From: Candidatus Borrarchaeum yapensis
GTDB taxonomy: Archaea; Asgardarchaeota; Sifarchaeia; Borrarchaeales; Borrarchaeaceae
Length of the DNA stretch: 64,000 nt
Reading direction: 5' to 3'
Assembly (NCBI GenBank): GCA_016840515.1
Contig: JAEOSF010000002.1
Coordinates: 47,918-111,917, forward strand
Shown: one piece after another, positions 50,462 through 60,279 of the stretch
Position numbering within the stretch: the first letter of the stretch is position 1
Layout of the letters: each line of letters starts with the position of its first letter
Translations under genes and position numbers: made by a program
Notes under the pieces: generated by a model
Database searches by the model: none
The model's input: only the letters and a program-made list of their open reading frames with translations
What the model was told of the DNA's origin: nothing

Positions 50462-50860
50462 ATGATAGAAAAACTTGAAATTAAAACCCATAAAAAAGTT
50501 GATCTAATTGATATTACGAGTCAAATCAAGAAAGTAATTGTAAAATCAGGAGTTCAAGAAGGCATTTGTATTATTTTTGTACCACATACAACGGCAGGCG
50601 TTACCATTAATGAAAATGCAGATCCAGATGTTATTCGCGATATAATCGAATCAATAAATAAAATCGTTCCATTTGACGCCACATATAAACATAGTGAAGG
50701 CAATTCTCCAGCTCATATTAAGTCATCACTTTTTAGTCCAGATCGTACAGTAATCATAGAAAATGGTGCTCTTTCTCTAGGAATTTGGCAGGGAATATAT
50801 TTCTGCGAATTTGATGGACCGCGAAATAGAAAATTATTTGTAAAAGTACTGGGAGGATAA
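50462..50860 (+). CDS. yjbQ: YjbQ/UPF0047 family protein
   Basis: GICIIFVPHTTAGVTINENADPDV...HIKSSL matches the UPF0047 signature. Confidence 0.7.
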   Translation: MIEKLEIKTHKKVDLIDITSQIKKVIVKSGVQEGICIIFVPHTTAGVTINENADPDVIRDIIESINKIVPFDATYKHSEGNSPAHIKSSLFSPDRTVIIENGALSLGIWQGIYFCEFDGPRNRKLFVKVLGG

Positions 50861-50904
50861 TATTTCAAGCGATAAATATCATATGGCATTTTTAAAAAGA
50901 AATA

Positions 50905-51007
50905 TGGTGCGGCTGGCAGGATTTGAACCTGCGACAACCGGATCTTCAGTCCGGCGCTATAGGTATTTAAAAGATTGTTTAATTCTCCCTGTCTAAGCTA
51001 CAGCCGC
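50905..51007 (-). tRNA. tRNA-Phe(GAA) with 25-nt intron in the D-arm; CCA encoded
   Basis: Reverse complement GCGGCTG TA GCTT AGACAGGGAG A[25 nt]AGC G CCGGA CTGAAGA TCCGG TTGTC GCAGG TTCAAAT CCTGC CAGCCGC ACCA. Confidence 0.65.
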
Positions 51008-51127
51008 CTGTTTAGTCCATTACTTTTTCGACTTAGACAGAAAAGTCTGGTGTTGTATATAAATTTTTGCACCTAAAACTCAGTTTCTTAATAAAGTCCT
51101 GTATCATAATAAAATTAGATCGTTGAC

Positions 51128-51580
51128 TCAGCGGGTTCTCTCTTCAAATTGTGCTGCACTAAATAGAAGCACTAAAGCTGCAACAACCACTAAAAACAAA
51201 AACTGGAAAACAGGATCAATAAAGGAAAGGTACGGGATTTTGCGAATATAAAGAATCACCGCAAAAAGCATATAGATTCCTAGATAGATTGTGATGGAGA
51301 TAAAAGATCCACCTAACGTTGGATAAAGTATTTGACTTTCGCTAAGGTTACTTCTACGGGCAATTCCTTCGGTGAACAGAATTCCTGCTCCAGTAACTGC
51401 TAGACCGCCTCCAATAAGACTTGGAATAAGTATAGATACGCTTTGAATTGCTAAAATTTGGCTAGCGTGATACAGAGTCGGAAGTTGAGCTACTAGAGAA
51501 AGCCCAAAAATAGTAAATACTACACCTACAAGCCTATAATGCTTCCATGGATAGATTCGTGACATAACTTCAAACACCAC
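51128..51580 (-). CDS. Small integral membrane protein (4 TM)
   Basis: Hydrophobic, 150 aa, no motif. Confidence 0.35.
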   Translation of the reverse strand: MVFEVMSRIYPWKHYRLVGVVFTIFGLSLVAQLPTLYHASQILAIQSVSILIPSLIGGGLAVTGAGILFTEGIARRSNLSESQILYPTLGGSFISITIYLGIYMLFAVILYIRKIPYLSFIDPVFQFLFLVVVAALVLLFSAAQFEERTR

Positions 51581-51622
51581 TATAAAAAAGTGGAAATGGA
51601 AATTGAAATAAAGAAATGCATC

Positions 51623-52075
51623 TTACTCCAATTTGTCAGCATATTTTTGCTGTTCTTCTTCGATCCATTTTGTAATCGCGTCTTGGTCTGAGCCTTTTAT
51701 GAGGGGTGCCAGATCGGCATCTAGAGATGCGGGCTCAACGAGAAGAAGCCATCCTTCGCCGTAAGGATCATCATTAACTAAGGAAGGATTGTCTTTAACT
51801 GCAGGATTCGCTTCGGCGATAGTCCCAGCGACTGGTGATTTCAAAGGACCCACCCATTTCCCCGTCTCCAGTGTTCCAAATGTTTTTCCAACATTTGTAG
51901 CTTTGCCTGCGGGGCGGAGTCTCACAAAAAGGATCTTACCTGCTATCTTCTGCCCAAAGGCATCCATACCAACTTTAACTTTATCTTCTTCTTGTTTCAA
52001 CCAAATATGATGCTCTGGATAATAATATAGATCTTCAGGAAATTCAAGATCGCCAATTTTCAAAAAGATCACCAA
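51623..52075 (-). CDS. gcvH: Glycine cleavage system H-like lipoyl-domain protein
   Basis: HIWLK...VKVGMDAFG...LETGKWVGPL...GEGWLLLVE architecture of GcvH. Confidence 0.55.
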   Translation of the reverse strand: MVIFLKIGDLEFPEDLYYYPEHHIWLKQEEDKVKVGMDAFGQKIAGKILFVRLRPAGKATNVGKTFGTLETGKWVGPLKSPVAGTIAEANPAVKDNPSLVNDDPYGEGWLLLVEPASLDADLAPLIKGSDQDAITKWIEEEQQKYADKLE

Positions 52076-52215
52076 CTTAAAATTTTATTTACCTTGTCCC
52101 CTTATTGTTTTTCGACTATTTAAAAATCTAGTGGATTTTAGTGTGGTCTATATTCATCTAACGATTAATAATTCTCATTTCCTGAATTATTCGATCAAAA
52201 ACAGTTAGGATAAGA

Positions 52216-52353
52216 TGGTGGGCGGGGAGAGACTTTCAGAAAGAGAGGTTTTCATCCATTTCCTTTGAACTCTCGACCTACGAACCCATACATCACGTGT
52301 ATGAATACTCCGCGACGTCAACGCGGCGTCATAACCAACTAGACCACCCGCCC
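52216..52353 (-). tRNA. tRNA-Val(GAC) with two ~30-nt introns (variable region 45/46 and T-loop 59/60); CCA encoded
   Basis: Reverse complement GGGCGGG TG GTCT...GAC G CCGCG TTGACGT CGCGG AG[30 nt]GTC GAGAG TTCAAA[31 nt]T CTCTC CCCGCCC ACCA. Confidence 0.55.
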
Positions 52354-52387
52354 GTATACATTAATTACACGAGGGTGTTTTTATTAA

Positions 52388-52525
52388 TGGTGGACCGGGA
52401 GGGATTTTCACGAATTGGCAGTCACCCCAATTCCTTTTGAACCCTCGGGTCGGCGAAGAATAGAAAATCTATTCTGCTCCTCCGCGATGCCAACGCGGCG
52501 ATCTTCCAGGCTGAGCTACCGGCCC
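52388..52525 (-). tRNA. tRNA-Ala(GGC) with two ~30-nt introns (variable region and T-loop); CCA encoded
   Basis: Reverse complement GGGCCGG TA GCTC AGCCTGGAA GATC G CCGCG TTGGCAT CGCGG AGG[30 nt]CC GAGGG TTCAAA[31 nt]T CCCTC CCGGTCC ACCA. Confidence 0.55.
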
Positions 52526-52549
52526 ATAAAATTGACATAATAATAAAGG

Positions 52550-52735
52550 CTAAACCACTCTTACTTTGTTTACCTTCTTATTTGTCCATGAATAACGTCT
52601 AATTCTTTTCGATCGACCGAAACCACATGCGGCGCACTGTTTTTTGCGAACGTGATAACTACGACGACCACATCTTCTACACATGATGTGAACCTTTCTA
52701 TTTTTCTTTCCAAGTGAGGGAGTTCCTTTACCCAT
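52550..52735 (-). CDS. rpl37e: 50S ribosomal protein L37e
   Basis: [39 protein letters not shown] matches the L37e zinc ribbon. The start is set at the internal Met. Confidence 0.75.
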   Translation of the reverse strand: MGKGTPSLGKKNRKVHIMCRRCGRRSYHVRKKQCAACGFGRSKRIRRYSWTNKKVNKVRVV

Positions 52736-52782
52736 AGTATTCACCTTCATAGTTAAGTTAGTTTAGCCGTATAGCATAGTAA

Positions 52783-53022
52783 CTAACGAGGAGGTGGTGA
52801 GATAAGTATAACATTATCGCCTCTAACGATGATTTTTCCAAGAGCCTTTATATCATCGGCCCTAAATTCCTCGGCCTCTTCTAGCACAAGGTTCATATGT
52901 TGATCATAGGAACGGAGTTTTCCACGAATTTCACGTCCTCCTTTGAGTTTTATCAGGACGATTGCATTTAAAGATCGTTGTAAGAGTTCTATTGGCTTAT
53001 CTGCAGCTGACATTGTATCCAA
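52783..53022 (-). CDS. Sm-like archaeal protein (SmAP/LSm)
   Basis: LIKLKGGREIRGKLRSYDQHMNLVLEEAEE Sm1/Sm2 motifs. Conserved pairing with L37e. Confidence 0.75.
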   Translation of the reverse strand: MDTMSAADKPIELLQRSLNAIVLIKLKGGREIRGKLRSYDQHMNLVLEEAEEFRADDIKALGKIIVRGDNVILISPPPR

Positions 53023-53199
53023 CCTCTTCAGTAATTTAACGGAGGGAAAAGTTGTATTATTTACTTAAAAAGTTTTGTTTTTTGCTTGGGTTGTTCATTC
53101 CAGTATTTCAAAAACAAGATATCTTTAAATCTGTTTTTCAACTTCAGAAATAATAGGAATTTGATCAAACAAGCCTTATGGAATAAAAAACGCAAAAGA

Positions 53200-53703
53200 A
53201 TGGTCGATAGTTTGAAATTGAAACGTCATTTCATGAAATCCTCTGACATTAAACGACTGAGAAACGAGGTCTTAATGAGATTTGGAGACCTTGGGGCGAA
53301 ACTTTTCCCAAAAAAGAGTCGAGTTGAAAGAATTCAAATATCTAATGATGAAACTGCATACTTGGTAGACGAAAACCTACAACTGCTTAAAATTAACGAT
53401 GAGTTTATTCCTTCTCTTTTCTCGATTTATGAGAGGAAAATTGAACTTCCATCAGTTTATGTCGATCAAGGAGCCGTCAAATCGTTTTTGAATGGGGCAG
53501 ATATGATGGTTCCAGGAATAACGAAAAGTGACCAATTCACCGAAGGCGATGTGATAACGGTTAATGAGGAGATTAAAAATAAGCCCATTGGAATAGGAAT
53601 AGCGCTCATGAGCAGTGATGAAATTAAAAACGCAACTCATGGAAAAGCGATTAAAAATCTACATTACATAAAAGATAAGTATTTTGAGTTAGCTGGAATT
53701 TGA
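53200..53703 (+). CDS. PUA-domain RNA-binding protein
   Basis: VDQGAVKSFLNGADMMVPGI...GDVITV PUA core. Start at the internal Met, because the upstream extension is low-complexity. Confidence 0.5.
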   Translation: MVDSLKLKRHFMKSSDIKRLRNEVLMRFGDLGAKLFPKKSRVERIQISNDETAYLVDENLQLLKINDEFIPSLFSIYERKIELPSVYVDQGAVKSFLNGADMMVPGITKSDQFTEGDVITVNEEIKNKPIGIGIALMSSDEIKNATHGKAIKNLHYIKDKYFELAGI

Positions 53704-53873
53704 ATAACTTAACGATTTGTTTCCGACATAATACGTTTTTTTGCAGGAACAATAATATCTAGAGAGATACGGGTATAATATTATCTTTCATAAAAGAATC
53801 TGCCACAACTCTGTTATAGAATAATGAATCTTCAATAAAAAATAGTCTACCTTCGTATAAAAAACCATAAGGG

Positions 53874-54266
53874 GTGAGACTTACGTCAATATTCAAAAAC
53901 TTTTTTAGAGGAAAAGCGGTCGAGGAAATTCCATTAGACGAAGAAATCGGTGAATACTTAGACAAATTTGAGATGTTTGATGAGGAAGGAGAAAACATTG
54001 CAGAATTAATGGGAAACACTGAAATTTATGTTAAATCAATACATCCTACTTGTTTGGAAGATATCTCACGGATAGAAAAGGAGCTTAAACGAGGACATAT
54101 TTTGATAGTTCATCTAACTGGGCTTTATGAAAGACCACGTGAATGTATGAGGGCGATTGAGCAAATACGTGGCATTTTAAACTTCGTCGGTGGAGATATG
54201 GGTCACATCGTCGGTGGTGAAACTTTGATAGTAACCCCATCGTTTATCCGTATCTGGAGAGAGTGA
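53874..54266 (+). CDS. sepF: Cell division protein SepF
   Basis: HILIVHLTGLYERPRECMRAIEQIRGILNFVGGDMGHIVGGETLIVTP matches the SepF C-terminal domain. Confidence 0.65.
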   Translation: MRLTSIFKNFFRGKAVEEIPLDEEIGEYLDKFEMFDEEGENIAELMGNTEIYVKSIHPTCLEDISRIEKELKRGHILIVHLTGLYERPRECMRAIEQIRGILNFVGGDMGHIVGGETLIVTPSFIRIWRE

Positions 54267-54401
54267 ATGAGCGCCTTTAGTTTTTTAATTATCCTCATAT
54301 TTTACACTAGAACAGAAATAAGACAGAGAAATAGAGTTCATCGGAAAAATAATTCAAAACAGATTAGATCTCTGAGCTAATGTAAATAACGAAAGATACC
54401 C

Positions 54402-56321
54402 TTAAACAAGGCGAAGTGTTTCAAGATTAGTTGGGGAGTAAGTTTCAGTCCTTAATATCTTTTTAAGTGACTTTGCTAGACCTATACACTTTGATTTTTC
54501 GCCGTGACATGTTATAACTTTCTCAGGTCTTGGCGTAACTTGTTTTGTATAGTTTATTAATTGTCTTCTGTCAGAATGGCCTGAAAAGCCCTCTACAGTT
54601 TCAATATTGAGGTCAACTTTAACTATCTGTGGTTTAGAATTCCTTCCTCCAGTCATGGGAATTTCTTTTTGACCCTTCTGTATCCTTCTTCCTAAAGTTC
54701 CTTCGATTTGGTATGATACAAAAATGACCGTGTTTTTTGGGTCATGTGCCAGATATCTGAAATAGTCGACCGAAGGACCACCTGTAAGCATTCCAGAGGT
54801 TGCCAGTATAACACATGGTTCACCCTCTACTATATCAGGACGCGCATTTGAAGAGTCTACTTGGGTGAAACAATCTGCTAGGAATGGGTTTAGACCATAA
54901 TGGAAAATTTTATCACGTAAATCATGGGCAAGATATTCTGGATGTGTTGTATGGATGGCTGTGGCTTCAGAAATCATACCTTCAATGAAGATCGGAACTT
55001 CTTCCATGATTTTGTGCCTTATTGCCTCTTCTAATAAAACAATTATTTCTTGAGCCCTACCTACTGCTAGAACAGGTATTAGAACCTTTCCTTTTTGTTG
55101 AATGGTTCTATTAATCGCATTAATCAATCGTCTTTCAGATTCACGTCGAGAAGGCAAGTTGTCATCAACATTTCCATAAGTACTTTCTAAAATAAGAGTT
55201 TCAAGCCTAGGAAAATGTGATGTGGCAGCTTCTAGTAATCTTGATTTAGAAAATTTAAAATCGCCCGTATAAGCGACATTGTATAAGCCGTCTCCTATGT
55301 GGAGATGTGATATAGAACTTCCAAGTATATGTCCTGCATTATGGAGCGTTAATCTTACGTCAGGGCTGATATCTGTCACTTCCCCATAATCAAGAGGGAT
55401 AGTATTGAGCACAACGTTTTTCACATCTTTTTGCTTGTATGGAGAGAGTTTTCCCTCGCGTTCAGCAACATCTAGGTAATCGAGTTGCAACAAGGTCATT
55501 AAATTACGAGTAGCCTTGGTACAATAAACGGGACCTCGATAGCCATATTTATATAGAAAAGGAACAAATCCACAATGATCTAAGTGAGCATGAGTAATGA
55601 TAACGGCATCTAATTCGTCAAGATCAAATTCTGGCATGTCTAATCGAGGAAAAGAATTACCTTGGCTAGATGTCCCAACATTGATACCGCAATCAATTAG
55701 AACATTGCTTTCTGCAGTTTGTACAAAGATACATGTTCTACCAACTTCTCTAAAGCCTCCCAATGCTGTAAAACGCAACCAGCCGTTTTGCATTAGAACA
55801 GATCTATGAATTCGTTGACCAATTGTTTTTAAAATCCCTCTTCGTTTATCGCTGTCTTTTTGCAGAGCGTGTCTTAGTTGTAAAACAATACGGGATTGGA
55901 TAGGAGGGGTTCGTATAACAGAAGGACGCCAAAATATTTTACGTGTGATTTCCTTGAGTGTAGTTCCATTGCGGCCAATAACTAATCCTGGCTTTTTTGC
56001 TTCAATAATAACTTCTCCAACATTGTCATCGAAATTGATGGAACTGATATCGGCTTCTTCTGGAACTATCTTTTTGATTTCTGCTTCAGCCTGTTGCGGA
56101 GGCATTCGTAATGCAGGGTCAGATCGAATAACCAACCGTTTTCGTAAACGTTTAGCAAGTCCCTTTATGATATCGCCATTATTTAACAAAACTTTTGGAT
56201 TTCGTGAATAAATAGCAATCTCAGGACCCTCAAATTCAATATCAGAAACACTTGCGTCTTTAGGAATACTTTCTAGAATTGTTTGTTTTATCTTGTTAAA
56301 TTCATCGTTCAAAAACATCAA
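54402..56321 (-). CDS. KH-domain beta-CASP ribonuclease aCPSF1 (FttA)
   Basis: N-terminal KH repeats with HAHLDHCG metallo-beta-lactamase motifs. 639 aa. Confidence 0.8.
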   Translation of the reverse strand: MMFLNDEFNKIKQTILESIPKDASVSDIEFEGPEIAIYSRNPKVLLNNGDIIKGLAKRLRKRLVIRSDPALRMPPQQAEAEIKKIVPEEADISSINFDDNVGEVIIEAKKPGLVIGRNGTTLKEITRKIFWRPSVIRTPPIQSRIVLQLRHALQKDSDKRRGILKTIGQRIHRSVLMQNGWLRFTALGGFREVGRTCIFVQTAESNVLIDCGINVGTSSQGNSFPRLDMPEFDLDELDAVIITHAHLDHCGFVPFLYKYGYRGPVYCTKATRNLMTLLQLDYLDVAEREGKLSPYKQKDVKNVVLNTIPLDYGEVTDISPDVRLTLHNAGHILGSSISHLHIGDGLYNVAYTGDFKFSKSRLLEAATSHFPRLETLILESTYGNVDDNLPSRRESERRLINAINRTIQQKGKVLIPVLAVGRAQEIIVLLEEAIRHKIMEEVPIFIEGMISEATAIHTTHPEYLAHDLRDKIFHYGLNPFLADCFTQVDSSNARPDIVEGEPCVILATSGMLTGGPSVDYFRYLAHDPKNTVIFVSYQIEGTLGRRIQKGQKEIPMTGGRNSKPQIVKVDLNIETVEGFSGHSDRRQLINYTKQVTPRPEKVITCHGEKSKCIGLAKSLKKILRTETYSPTNLETLRLV

Positions 56322-56436
56322 ATCACCAATAATGCTAAACTATGTTATCTACTGTTTACTATAACTTAAGTAAGACTAGGAAGTCGTTAACAATGAAAAG
56401 AGCGAAATATAGAAAGAAAACATCCATATACGGGTT

Positions 56437-57048
56437 CTATCGCTTCGATCCATTCAAAATCTTCTTAATTTCATCTTCAGATAATGGCGTAAAACCTTTT
56501 TCCGCAGAAATGACAGCAACTGCAATGCCATCACCAGATGCTGCATCTCGTTCTATCGCGGAATTTACAGCTCTGACTGCCAAAGACTTTCCCTCTTCAA
56601 CAGTCATTCCTTCATCGTATTGATCCTCTAATAGTCCAAAAACGAACGGGGATCCGCTACCCGTCGAAATACTTTTCTCCTCTACAAGATTTCCAAGAAG
56701 ATCCAGTATGAATAAGTGAGAACCTGTAGAATCAACTCCAGCGATCAGGCTTTGGAGATAATAGGGCATGTATCTTGATTGAAAAAGAATATTCGCAATC
56801 AGACGAGCTGCGGACCTAACTGGCATTGGAACTCCGCGCTGCAGTTTATAGAGTGAGGCTTCAACTTGAGCCCAATCAACGATCGTCTGAGCATCTGCTA
56901 CCCTGCCTGCAATCGTGGCACCTATGTGATCGTCAATTTTAAATAGTTTTTGTGCATGTTTATGTGAAATGAAATAGCCTGATGTGGCCCGCATATCAGT
57001 TGCTAAAATCACTCCATCGCGTAGGACTAAACCAAGAGTCGTGGTCAT
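56437..57048 (-). CDS. psmB: Proteasome subunit beta
   Basis: Propeptide followed by TTTLGLVLRDGVILATD with the catalytic Thr. Confidence 0.8.
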   Translation of the reverse strand: MTTTLGLVLRDGVILATDMRATSGYFISHKHAQKLFKIDDHIGATIAGRVADAQTIVDWAQVEASLYKLQRGVPMPVRSAARLIANILFQSRYMPYYLQSLIAGVDSTGSHLFILDLLGNLVEEKSISTGSGSPFVFGLLEDQYDEGMTVEEGKSLAVRAVNSAIERDAASGDGIAVAVISAEKGFTPLSEDEIKKILNGSKR

Positions 57049-57361
57049 CCAAACACCTTAGCATAATGAATTAAATTAAAAATATAAATCTAAATTAACT
57101 TTATGAGGAAAAAGAGTAAGCCTCGACTCTATTCTATCCCCAGTCTTTAAATAAATTTCGATTTTTACCTTGGAGGATCAAGACGTAGCTCTACTTTTTA
57201 AAGCCTTTTCTTCGTGCATTTCTTGTATAGATTCTTTTATACCGTAAAATTATAAATGGTTTCTTAACGTACCGATTGCTACAAAATAAATCCTTAAATA
57301 TACGAAGAGATTATCTTTATTTACCTTTTGAAGAGAAGAATAATAAACTGAGGAGATTTCT

Positions 57362-57598
57362 ATGTCAGAAGAAAAGGCGGATTACAAGCTAGACTGCAGC
57401 GGGCTCTACTGCCCAGAACCTATATTTCGTACTCGCGAAGAAATTAATAAATTATCATCTGGTCAGGTTTTGAAGATTATTGCTGATGATCCAGCATTTT
57501 CAGAAGATATTAAAAGATGGGCAAAAAACACTGGAAATGAATTGCTAGAAATTCACAAAGAAGGATATGAGATCGTTGCCCTGATCAAGAAAAAATAA
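57362..57598 (+). CDS. TusA-family sulfurtransferase
   Basis: LDCSGLYCPEP motif (the CPxP of TusA). Confidence 0.65.
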   Translation: MSEEKADYKLDCSGLYCPEPIFRTREEINKLSSGQVLKIIADDPAFSEDIKRWAKNTGNELLEIHKEGYEIVALIKKK

Positions 57599-57626
57599 CC
57601 TAATTTCTTCTTTTTTCTACAATATA

Positions 57627-58469
57627 CTATTTTTGGCATACCGAGCAAAAAAAGGTACTTCTTCCGTTTTGGACAATACGCGTTATTTCTGTTTTACAGT
57701 TTTGGCATATTTCACCATGTTTCCCATAGACTTTATGCCAGTTTTGCGCAGATCCTTCTTGACCTGTTGGAATTTGAAATGTGCTAAAGGTACTTCCATT
57801 GCAATCAACTGCCTTCCAGAGCGTTTTTGATATTGCTAAACCAAGTTCTTTTCTTTCTTTTTTGGTGAGGGTTTTTACAAGTCGAGTTGGATTTATTTTT
57901 GCCAAAGCTAATGATTCTGACTTATAGATGTTGCCTACCCCCGCTACTAATTTCTGATCCACTAATACCGCGCCAATTTCCCTATTTGCGTAGTTTGGCT
58001 TGTTGATTTTGGCGAGAAATTCTTTCATCGGGAATGGTTTTGCTAATCCATCTATACCCATTTTTCTTATTGGGTCGTGCTGCATCACTTTTTCATAACT
58101 TTCAAAGACTTTAAACTGTCCAAAATTTCTAATATCATCAAAAACAGCATATTGAGGGTTTTTTTCGAAGTACATCAGAGCCTTAGAATGTGAAGGCAAC
58201 TTTTGACTACCTTTTTTTAAGAGAATCCACTTGCCTGACATGCCTAGGTGATTTAAAATAATCTTTCCATTAAAATGCCAAACTAAGAATTTACCTATCC
58301 TCTCAATATCAGTTACTCGTTGTCCCTTGAACCAATCAAAGTCTGATTGCCTATTTTGGTATTTGGGATATTTTTGTGAAAGCTCTGTTAATTGAATTTT
58401 CTTCACTGTTTTCCCAATTAATGACTGCAGATATTGCCTAGTACATTCGACTTCAGGTCCTTCAGGCAT
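57627..58469 (-). CDS. Fpg/Nei-family DNA glycosylase / AP lyase
   Basis: N-terminal MPEGPEVE (catalytic Pro2, Glu3) with a C-terminal zinc finger CQNCKTEI...CSVCQK. Confidence 0.65.
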   Translation of the reverse strand: MPEGPEVECTRQYLQSLIGKTVKKIQLTELSQKYPKYQNRQSDFDWFKGQRVTDIERIGKFLVWHFNGKIILNHLGMSGKWILLKKGSQKLPSHSKALMYFEKNPQYAVFDDIRNFGQFKVFESYEKVMQHDPIRKMGIDGLAKPFPMKEFLAKINKPNYANREIGAVLVDQKLVAGVGNIYKSESLALAKINPTRLVKTLTKKERKELGLAISKTLWKAVDCNGSTFSTFQIPTGQEGSAQNWHKVYGKHGEICQNCKTEITRIVQNGRSTFFCSVCQK

Positions 58470-58725
58470 TAGTTTGAATCTCCTTAAATTGATTTTGAAA
58501 TCATTTTGATTTTTTGATGAGCAAGAAAGCAGATGTTTGCGTGTCTTCTATTTTTGAAATGTATCACTTTTAAAAACATTAATGTTATACGCAAATAGAA
58601 TGTGACTTTTATGGTAAATGCACGAATTATTACAAACATAAAATGAACTTAGTTAAATTCAACAAATGATAAATGAAATAATAACAATTATTATTATTAT
58701 TGTCAAAGCGAGGATAGTGCATTAA

Positions 58726-59808
58726 ATGGAAGCATCTGAAGCAAAACATCGATTTCAACTTCCGAGAGAAGTACTTATTGGAGGAGGTGTAATTACCCAA
58801 GTGGGAAAAGTATGCTCCGAATTGGATTGTGGAAAAGTTCCATTGGTCCTTGCCGACGAAATAACAATTAATATCGCGGGAAATACAGTTCTTGCTTCTC
58901 TGGAAGATGAGGGATTTAAACCATTTAATTTAATCATTACAGATTCTAATTTAGAACAAGTAAAATCAGTTGAGAAAAAAATTCTCGATTCAAATATTAG
59001 CATTATTTTAGGAGTGGGTGGAGGAAAAGTCATAGATGTGGCAAAAGTCTCGGCTATGAATTCAAACATTCCATTCTTCAGTGTACCTACAGCGGGATCA
59101 CATGACGGAATTGTCTCGCCCAGAGCATCAATCAAAAAACCCACAATTCCTCATTCAATTCCCGCCAAACCACCAATAGCCATTATTGCAGATATAGAAA
59201 TAATAGCAAAAGCTCCTTATCGATTACTTGCTTCGGGATGTGGAGATCTCATTAGCAACTCGACTGCTGTACTGGACTGGGAACTTGCACATAAACTCCG
59301 AAACGAATATTACGGAGAGTATGCCGCATCTCTTGCATGTATGTGCTCAAAACTGATCATTGAACGAGCTAATCAAATAAGTTTGGGCATGCCAGGAAGT
59401 GTGCGAATCGTAATGGAAGCATTAATTAGTAGCGGCGTTTCCATGTGTATTGCAGGAAGCAGTCGTCCAGCAAGCGGTGCCGAACATATGTTTTCACATG
59501 CCTTAGATAAAATTCACATTAAACAAGGAACAATGTCTCCTGCATTACATGGAGAACAAGCAGGTGTAGGATCTATTATGACGATGTATCTCCATGGCGG
59601 TGATTGGAAGCGCATAAAAGATGCGCTGCACAAGATAGGTGCACCAACAACTGCCGATGAGTTAGGAATTGAAACAAAATATATTATTGAGGCACTAACC
59701 ACGTGCCATAAGATTCGACCTGAAAGATATACAATTCTAGGCGAAAAAGGTTTAACAAAAGAGGCTGCCTTGCGATTAGCGAACATTACAGGCGTAATAA
59801 ACGGATAA
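58726..59808 (+). CDS. egsA: Glycerol-1-phosphate dehydrogenase [NAD(P)+]
   Basis: DHQS-like fold with GVGGGKVIDVAK. Size 360 aa, typical of archaeal EgsA. Confidence 0.6.
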   Translation: MEASEAKHRFQLPREVLIGGGVITQVGKVCSELDCGKVPLVLADEITINIAGNTVLASLEDEGFKPFNLIITDSNLEQVKSVEKKILDSNISIILGVGGGKVIDVAKVSAMNSNIPFFSVPTAGSHDGIVSPRASIKKPTIPHSIPAKPPIAIIADIEIIAKAPYRLLASGCGDLISNSTAVLDWELAHKLRNEYYGEYAASLACMCSKLIIERANQISLGMPGSVRIVMEALISSGVSMCIAGSSRPASGAEHMFSHALDKIHIKQGTMSPALHGEQAGVGSIMTMYLHGGDWKRIKDALHKIGAPTTADELGIETKYIIEALTTCHKIRPERYTILGEKGLTKEAALRLANITGVING

Positions 59809-59820
59809 GAGTGGAATTAT

Positions 59821-60279
59821 ATGGACGATACAGAACCAGTGATAACATTCATCGCAAAAAACCTGGCAAAATCTGGTTATAAGTTTCAACATATAGGAGA
59901 CTCAGAACAATGCAAGACCTGCAAAATGTATCAAGTTTGCATTCAATCATTAGAAGCAGAACGCATTTATGAAGTTATAGAGGTATTAGAAAACGAGTTT
60001 GAGTGCCCTCTACACGAAGAACAGATTAAAGTGGTTCGCGTAAAAGAAACGGAAAAAGAAGTTGGTATTCCAACCAATATAACCTTCTCAGGAGCAACTA
60101 TATCTTTTCAACCACAGGATTGTATTGAAATTTGTGAGTTCAGAAAGTATTGTGTTCCTGTGGGACTTAAAGAGGGAGATAAGGTTCGTATCCTGGATAT
60201 TATACAAAAAGTAGAATGCAGCGAAGGAAACGAAATATCAATTGCTTTGGTTGCTAGAATTTCTCAAGAACGTTCGTAG
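59821..60279 (+). CDS. UPF0179 family archaeal protein
   Basis: IGDSEQCKTCKMYQVC...YEVIEV pattern of UPF0179. Confidence 0.45.
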   Translation: MDDTEPVITFIAKNLAKSGYKFQHIGDSEQCKTCKMYQVCIQSLEAERIYEVIEVLENEFECPLHEEQIKVVRVKETEKEVGIPTNITFSGATISFQPQDCIEICEFRKYCVPVGLKEGDKVRILDIIQKVECSEGNEISIALVARISQERS

